A stretch of 64,000 bases of DNA from the NCBI GenBank assembly GCA_964016885.1, contig OZ024740.1, forward strand, positions 208,382,001 to 208,446,000. The letters run 5' to 3'. Every line of letters begins with the position of its first letter. Positions within the stretch are counted from its first letter, which is position 1. The notes beneath the pieces were generated by a model. The model was not told the DNA's origin. It did not search any database and worked only from the letters and a program-made list of their open reading frames with translations. Positions 56,101 through 64,000 of the stretch are shown here, in pieces. The DNA comes from Eledone cirrhosa (taxonomy: Eukaryota). Both the position numbers and the translations under genes were made by a program.

Positions 56101-59100
56101 AAATTAGCAGTAATATATTGCGGAAATAGTTGTAATATATTGTGGAAATAGCAGGCATATATTGTGAATATAGCAGTAATATGTTGTGGAATGAGCAGGT
56201 ACGCATTGTGGACATAGCAGTAATATATTTTGTAAATAGAAGTAATAAATTGTGGAAATAGCAGCATATATATATTGTGGAAATAGCAGTAATATATAGT
56301 GGAAACAGCAGTAATATATTGTAGAAATAGCATTAATATATTGCGGAAATAGCAGTAATATATTGTGGAAATAGCAGTATTATATTGTGGAAATAGCAGG
56401 TATGGATTATGGAAATATCAGTGATATATTGTGGAAATAGCATGTATTTATTGTTGAAATAGCACTAATATATTGTGGAAATGGCAGTAATAAAATATAG
56501 AAATAGCAGGTATGGCTTGTTGGAATAGCAGGTATGTATTGTGGAAATAACACTAATATATTGTGGAAAATAGCAGTAATATATTGTGGAAATTGCAGTA
56601 ATATATTGTTTGAAATAGCTGGAATATATTGTGGGAATAGTACTAATATTTTGTGGAAGTAGCAGTAATATATTGTGGAAATAGCACGTATGTATTGTGG
56701 AAAATAGCAGTAATATATTGTGGAAAGAGCAGTAACATATTGTGGAAATAGCAGTAATGTATTGTGGAAATAACACTAAAATATTGTGGAAATAGCAGTA
56801 ATATATTGCGGAAATAGCAGTAGTATATTGTGGAAATAACAGGTATGCATGGAAATAGCAGTAATATATTGTGTAAATAGCAGTAATATATTGTGCAAAA
56901 AGCAGTAATATATTGTGGAAATAGCAGGTATGTATTGTTGAAATAGCAGTAATATATTGTGGAAATGGCAGTAATATATTGTGGAAAAAGCAGGTATGTA
57001 TTGTGGAAATAGCAGTATTATATTGATGAAATAGCAGTAATATATTATGGAAATAGCAGTAATATAGTGTGGAAATAGCAGTAATATATTGTGGAAGTAG
57101 CAATAATATATTGTTGAAATAGCATTAATATATTGTCGAAATAACAGGTATGTATGGAAATAGCAATAATATATTGTCGAAATAGCAGTGATATATTGTG
57201 GAAATAGCAGATAAGTATTGTGCAAATAGCAGGTATGTATTGTGGGAATAGCAGTAATATATTGTGGAAATATTACTCATATATTGTGGAAATAGCAGTA
57301 ATATATTGTGGAAATGGCAGCAATATATTGTGGAAATAGCAGTAATATATTGTGGAAATATTACTAATATATTGTGGAAATAACAGTAAAACATTGTCGC
57401 AATAGCACTTAAAGATTGTGTAAATAGCAGTAATATATTGTGGAAATAGCAGTAGCATATTGTGGAAATAGCATTAATATATTGTGAAAATAGCACTGAA
57501 ATATTGTGGAAAAGCAGTAATATATTTTGGAAAAGGCACTAAAATATTTTGGAAATAGCAATAATATATTGGAGAAATAGCAGCAATATATTGTTGAGAT
57601 AACAGTAGTATATTGTGGAAATAACAGGTTTGTATGGAAATAGCAGTAATATATTGTGTATATAGCATGTATGTATTGTGGAAATAACAGTAATACATTG
57701 TGGAAATGGCAGTAATATATTGTGGAAATAGCAGTAATATATTATGGAGATAGCAGTAATATATTGTGGAATGAGCAGGTATGTATAGTGGAAATAGCAG
57801 TAATATATTGTGGAAATAGCCGTAATATATTTTGGAAATAGCAGGTATGTATTGTGGAGATAGCAATAATATAATGTTCAAATAGCAGTAATATATTGTG
57901 GAAATAGCAGTAATATATTATGCAAATAGCAGTAATATATTGTGGAAATAGCATGTATGTATTGTGGAAATAACAGAAATATATTGTGGAAATAGCAGTA
58001 ATATATTGTGGAAATAGTAGGTATGTGTTGTGGAAATAGCAGTAATATATTGTGGAAATAGCAGTAATATATTGTGAAATTAGCAGTTATGTATTGTAAA
58101 AATAGCAGTAATATATTGTGTAAAGAGCAGGTACGCATTGTGGAAATAGCAGTAATATATTATGTAAATAGAAGTAATAAACGGTGGAAATAGCAGCATA
58201 TATATATTGTGGAAATAGCAGTAATATATAGTGGAAACAGCAGTAATATATTGTAGAAATAGCAGCAATATATTGTGGAAATAGCAGGTATGTATGGAAA
58301 TAGCATTAATATATTGCGGAAATAGCAAAAATATATTGTGGAAATAGCAATAATATATTGTGGAGATAGCAGTAATATATTGTGGAAATAGTAGGTATGT
58401 GTTGTGGAAATAACACTAATATATTGTGGAAAATAGCAGTAATATATTGTGGAAATTGCAGTAATATATTGTTTGAAATAGCTGGAATATATTGTGGGAA
58501 TAGTACTAATATTTTGTGGAAGTAGCAGTAATATATTGTGGAAATAGCACGTATGTTTTGTGGAAAATAGCAGTAATATATTGTGGAAAGAGCAGTAACA
58601 TATTGTGGAAATAGCAGTAATGTATTGTGGAAATAACACTAAAATATTGTGGAAATAGCAGTAATATATTGCGGAAATAGCAGTAGTATATTGTGGAAAT
58701 AACAGGTATGCATGGAAATAGCAGTAATATATTGTGTAAATAGCAGTAATATATTGTGCAAAAAGCAGTAATATATTGTGGAGATAGCAGGTATGTATTG
58801 TTGAAATAGCAGTAATATATTGTGGAAATGGCAGTAATATATTGTGGGAAAAGCAGGTATGTATTGTGGAAATAGCAGTATTATATTGATGAAATAGCAG
58901 TAATATATTATGGAAATAGCAGTAATATAGTGTGGAAATAGCAGTAATATATTGTGGAAGTAGCAATAATATATTGTTGAAATAGCATTAATATATTGTC
59001 GAAATAACAGGTATGTATGGAAATAGCAATAATATATTGTCGAAATAGCAGTGATATATTGTGGAAATAGCAGATAAGTATTGTGCAAATAGCAGGTATG

Positions 59101-62100
59101 TATTGTGGGAATAGCAGTAATATATTGTGGAAATATTACTCATATATTGTGGAAATAGCAGTAATATATTGTGGAAATGGCAGCAATATATTGTGGAAAT
59201 AGCAGTAATATATTGTGGAAATATTACTAATATATTGTGGAAATAACAGTAAAACATTGTCGCAATAGCACTTAAAGATTGTGTAAATAGCAGTAATATA
59301 TTGTGGAAATAGCAGTAGCATATTGTGGAAATAGCATTAATATATTGTGAAAATAGCACTGAAATATTGTGGAAAAGCAGTAATATATTTTGGAAAAGGC
59401 ACTAAAATATTTTGGAAATAGCAATAATATATTGGAGAAATAGCAGCAATATATTGTTGAGATAACAGTAGTATATTGTGGAAATAACAGGTTTGTATGG
59501 AAATAGCAGTAATATATTGTGTATATAGCATGTATGTATTGTGGAAATAACAGTAATACATTGTGGAAATGGCAGTAATATATTGTGGAAATAGCAGTAA
59601 TATATTATGGAGATAGCAGTAATATATTGTGGAATGAGCAGGTATGTATAGTGGAAATAGCAGTAATATATTGTGGAAATAGCCGTAATATATTTTGGAA
59701 ATAGCAGGTATGTATTGTGGAGATAGCAATAATATAATGTTCAAATAGCAGTAATATATTGTGGAAATAGCAGTAATATATTATGCAAATAGCAGTAATA
59801 TATTGTGGAAATAGCATGTATGTATTGTGGAAATAACAGAAATATATTGTGGAAATAGCAGTAATATATTGTGGAAATAGTAGGTATGTGTTGTGGAAAT
59901 AGCAGTAATATATTGTGGAAATAGCAGTAATATATTGTGAAATTAGCAGTTATGTATTGTAAAAATAGCAGTAATATATTGTGTAAAGAGCAGGTACGCA
60001 TTGTGGAAATAGCAGTAATATATTATGTAAATAGAAGTAATAAACGGTGGAAATAGCAGCATATATATATTGTGGAAATAGCAGTAATATATAGTGGAAA
60101 CAGCAGTAATATATTGTAGAAATAGCAGCAATATATTGTGGAAATAGCAGGTATGTATGGAAATAGCATTAATATATTGCGGAAATAGCAAAAATATATT
60201 GTGGAAATAGCAATAATATATTGTGGAGATAGCAGTAATATATTGTGGAAATAGTAGGTATGTGTTGTGGAAATAGCACAAAAATTTTGTGGAAATAGCA
60301 GTAATATATTGGGGTGATAGCAGTAGTATATTGTGGAAATAACAGGTATATATGGAAATAGCAGTAATATATTGTGGAAATAGCAGTAATATATTGTGGA
60401 AATAGCAGTTATGTATTGTTGAAATAGCAGTAATATTTTGTGGAAATAGTAGGAATATATTGTGGAAATAGCAGGTATGTATTGTGAAAATAGCAGCAAT
60501 ATATTGTGGAATGAGCAGGTACGTATTGTGGAAATAGCAGTAATATATTGTGTAAATAGAAGTAATGAATTGTGGAAATAGCAGCATATATATATTGTGG
60601 AAATAGCAGTAATATATAGTGGAAACAGCAGTAATATATTGTAGAAATAGCAGCAATATATTATGGAAATAGCAGCAATATATTGTGGAAATATCAGTAA
60701 TATATGGTGGAAATATCAGTAATATATTGTGGAAATAGCAGCAATATATTGGGGAAATAGCAGTAATATATTGTGGAAATAACAGTGATATATTGTGCAA
60801 ATAGCAGATACGTATTGTGCAAATACCAGGTATGTATTGTGGAAATAGCAGTAATATATTGTGGAAATATTACTAACATATTGTAGAAATAACACTAAAA
60901 TATTGTGGAAATAGAAGTAATATATTGTGGAAATAGCAGTAATATATTGTTGGAATAGCAGGTATGTGTTGTGGAAATAGCAGTAATATATTGTGGAAAT
61001 AGCAGTAGCATATTGTGGAAATAGCATTAATATACTGTGGAAATAGCACTGAAATATTGTGGAAAAGCAGTAATATATTTTGGAAAAGGCACTAAAATAT
61101 TTTGGAAATAGCAATACTATATTGGAGAAATAGCAGCAATATATTGTTGAGATAACAGTAGTATATTGTGGAAATAACAGGTATGTATGGATATAGCAGT
61201 AATATATTGTGTAAATAGCAGGAATGTATTGTCTAAATAACAGTAATATATGTGGAAATGACAGTAATATAGTGTGCAAATAGCAGTAATATATCGTGGA
61301 AATAGGAGTAATATATTATGGAGATAGCAGTAATATATTGTGGAACGAGCAGGTATGTATAGTTGAAATAGCAGTAATATATAGTGGAAACAGCAGTAAT
61401 ATATTGTAGAAATAACAGCAATATATTGTGGAAATAGCAGCAATATATTGTGGAAATATCAGTAATATATGGTGTAAATATCAGTATTATATTGTGGAAA
61501 TTGCAGCAATATATTGGGTAAATAGAAGCAATATATTGTGGAAATAGCAGCAATATATTGTGGAAATAGCAGATATACATTTTGGAAACAGCAGGAATAT
61601 ATTGTGGAGATAGCAGGTATGTATGGAAATAGCATTAATATATTGCGGAAATAGCAGTAATATATTGTGGAAATGGCAGCAATATATTGTGGAAATAGCA
61701 GTAATATATTGTGGAAATATTACTAATATATTGTGGAAATAACAGTAAAACATTGTCGCAATAGCACTTAAAGATTGTGTAAATAGCAGTAATATATTGA
61801 GGAAATAGCAGTAATATATTGTGGAAATAGCAATTATGTATTGTGGAAATAGCAGTATTATATTGTGGAAATAGCAGGTATGTATTATGGTAATAGCACT
61901 AATATATTGTGGAAATAGCAGGTAGGTATTGTGAAAATAGCAATAATATATTGTGGAAATAGCAGGTTTGTATTGGGGTAATAGCAGTTATATATTTTGG
62001 AAATAATAGGTACGTTTTGTGGAAATAGCAGGTATATATTTTGAAAATACGAGGTATGTATTGTGTAAATAGCATTAATGCAGTGTGGAAATAGCATGTA

Positions 62101-63200
62101 TGCATTGTGAAAATTGCAGGTATGTATTGTGGAAATTGTCGTCCTATATTGTGGAAATATCAGTAATTTATTGTGGAAATAGCGGGTATGTATTTTGGAA
62201 ATAGCCATAGTATATTGTGGAAATAGCAGGTGTGTATTGTGGAAATAGCAGTAATATATTGTGGGAATAGCAGTAGTATAGTGTGGAAATAGCAGGTATG
62301 TATTGTGGAAATAGCAGTAATATATTGTGGAAATAGCAGTAATATATTGTGGAAATAGCAGGTATGTATTGTTGAAATAGCAGTAATATATTGTGGAAAT
62401 AGCAGGTAGGTGTTGTGGAAATAGCAGTGATATATTGTGGAAATAGCAGTAATATATTGTGGAAATAGCAGGTATGTTTTGTGCAAATAGCAGTAATATA
62501 TTGTGGAAATAGCAGGTAGGTATTGTGGAAATAGCAGTAATATATTGTGGAAATAGCAGTGATATATTGTGGAAATAGCGGGTATGTATTGTTGAAATAG
62601 AAAGTATGTATTGTCGAAATAGCAGTAATATATTGTGGAAATAGCAGGTATGAATTTTTGAAATAGCAGTAATATATTGTGGACATAACAGTAATATATT
62701 GTGGAAATAGAAGGTATGTATTGTGGAAATAGCAGTTATCTATTGTGGAAATAGCAGTAATATATTGTGGAAATAGCAGTAATATATCGTGGAAATAGCA
62801 GTAATATATTGTGTAAAATAACAGTAATTTATTGTGGAAATAGCAGTAATAAATTGTGGAAATAGCAGTAATATATTGTGTAAAATAGCAGTAACTTATT
62901 GTGGAAATATCAGTAATATATCGTGGAAATAGCAGTAATATATTGTGGAAATAGCAGTAATATATTGTGGAAACAGCAGTAATATATTGTGTAAAATAGC
63001 AGTAATATATTATGAAAATAGCAGTAATATATTGTGGAAATAGCAGTAATATCTTGTGGAAATAGCAGGTATGTATTGTGGAAATAGCAGGTAAGTATTG
63101 TGGAAATAGCAGCAGATATATATTGTGGAAATAGCAGGTATGTATTGTGGAAATACCAGAACCCAAGCAATATCGAAATACCTGTCGTGCATTGTGGAAA
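41118..63200. repeat. ~22 kb satellite of 22-bp monomers (consensus TTGTGGAAATAGCAGTAATATA), about 1000 copies
   Basis: Continuous tandem array with recurrent variants (GCAGGTATGTA, 18-bp deletion form) and kb-scale duplicated blocks. Confidence 0.98.
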
Positions 63201-63206
63201 TGCGCA

Positions 63207-63418
63207 CTAATTTAGACACAAAACCAGCAGTTTGCGGACTAGAAAAAAGTCGATTACATCAACTCCTTTATTTTATTGGTACTTTATTTATCGACCCCGG
63301 AAGGATGAAAGGTAAAGTTAGCTTCAGCTAGATTTGAACACAGAACATGAATTACAGTAACTGAATGCCACAAAGCATTTTCTCCGAAGCTCTACCGATT
63401 CTTTCTCTCCATCGCCTT
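63207..63418 (-). mobile_element. Old tRNA-SINE at the satellite edge
   Basis: ggtactttatttatcgaccccggaaggatgaaagg...gatttgaac; a degenerate monomer (tattgtagaaagagcag) follows at ~63423. Confidence 0.8.
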
Positions 63419-63450
63419 CGTGTATTGTAGAAAGAGCAGCCATCTATAGT

Positions 63451-63506
<56 letters not shown>

Positions 63507-64000
63507 GACATATCTCTAGGAGGAGGTCACTCTGATATAAAACCTGCGACTTCGTTTGTATCCAATGATCTAGACCAGTTCTTCTTTTGGGGCAAATACA
63601 TTCGATGTGCAGAGAGTGGGATTAGCCCTGTGCAAAACCTTTCCTCACTCAAAAAAGCTTCAAGCAAAGGCATCGCTTGATATGTGACATTTTTTGCGAT
63701 GCATGGTATTGCTGGCCATAGGCAAGAGCCTAGTAGAACTAAAAAGCCACGGCCGTAATGCTCATGCTTAAGAATCTAGCGATGGCATTACTCGAAATCG
63801 AGTTGCAGCCATCATATTTGTATGCATATATATAACAAAGAAAGTGTGGTAAGAAACCAGGTGGTCCAAAATGCAGCAGGGTACTCGATACTTAGGGTAG
63901 TAGAGTGGGTCGTTTCGACAGCTAGAACCGAACGGTTTTACCTGTCGAAACGGCTGGAGCTCAGCCGTCGGGGTTCTGACTCTTTTCCTATGCATATATA

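Noticed and set aside
41118-63200. CRISPR-like regular repeats
   Set aside because: No unique spacers, eukaryotic context and no cas genes; a tandem satellite
41113-63219. Dozens of minus-strand ORFs with YITAISTIYYCYFHNILLLFPQ repeats
   Set aside because: Translation of a stop-free 22-bp monomer cycling through the three frames; indels do not preserve frame, so this is not a protein
63500-63830. Possible upstream CCP exon beyond the satellite
   Set aside because: No convincing splice pair or open homologous frame; contiguous with a repeat related to 9157-9353

Overview
Repeat-rich eukaryotic DNA; the SINE types and microsatellite load suggest a cephalopod such as Octopus (inference). The minus strand carries 13 phase-compatible GT-AG exons (1808-40203), plus a candidate microexon at 40619-40641, of a cytosolic carboxypeptidase (M14D, CCP2/CCP3 = AGBL2/3-like). 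Its FESGNL, HPGE, NPDG, DLHGH and FTME motifs are intact, and the gene is open at both ends of the window. A ~20 kb intron holds a stack of at least 7 R4/Dong-clade retrotransposon pieces from two families inserted into (TAA)n, two with long uninterrupted RT+REL ORFs, interleaved with a Tx1/L1-like element and a SINE. A 7.3 kb block of this stack is inverted. Also present: a (GATA)n-inserted Tx1-like element, many tRNA-SINEs whose 3' tail resembles the Tx1 3' end, Penelope-like foldbacks with minimal hammerhead ribozyme motifs, a Helitron remnant, a 71-bp minisatellite and a ~22 kb 22-bp satellite with higher-order duplications.
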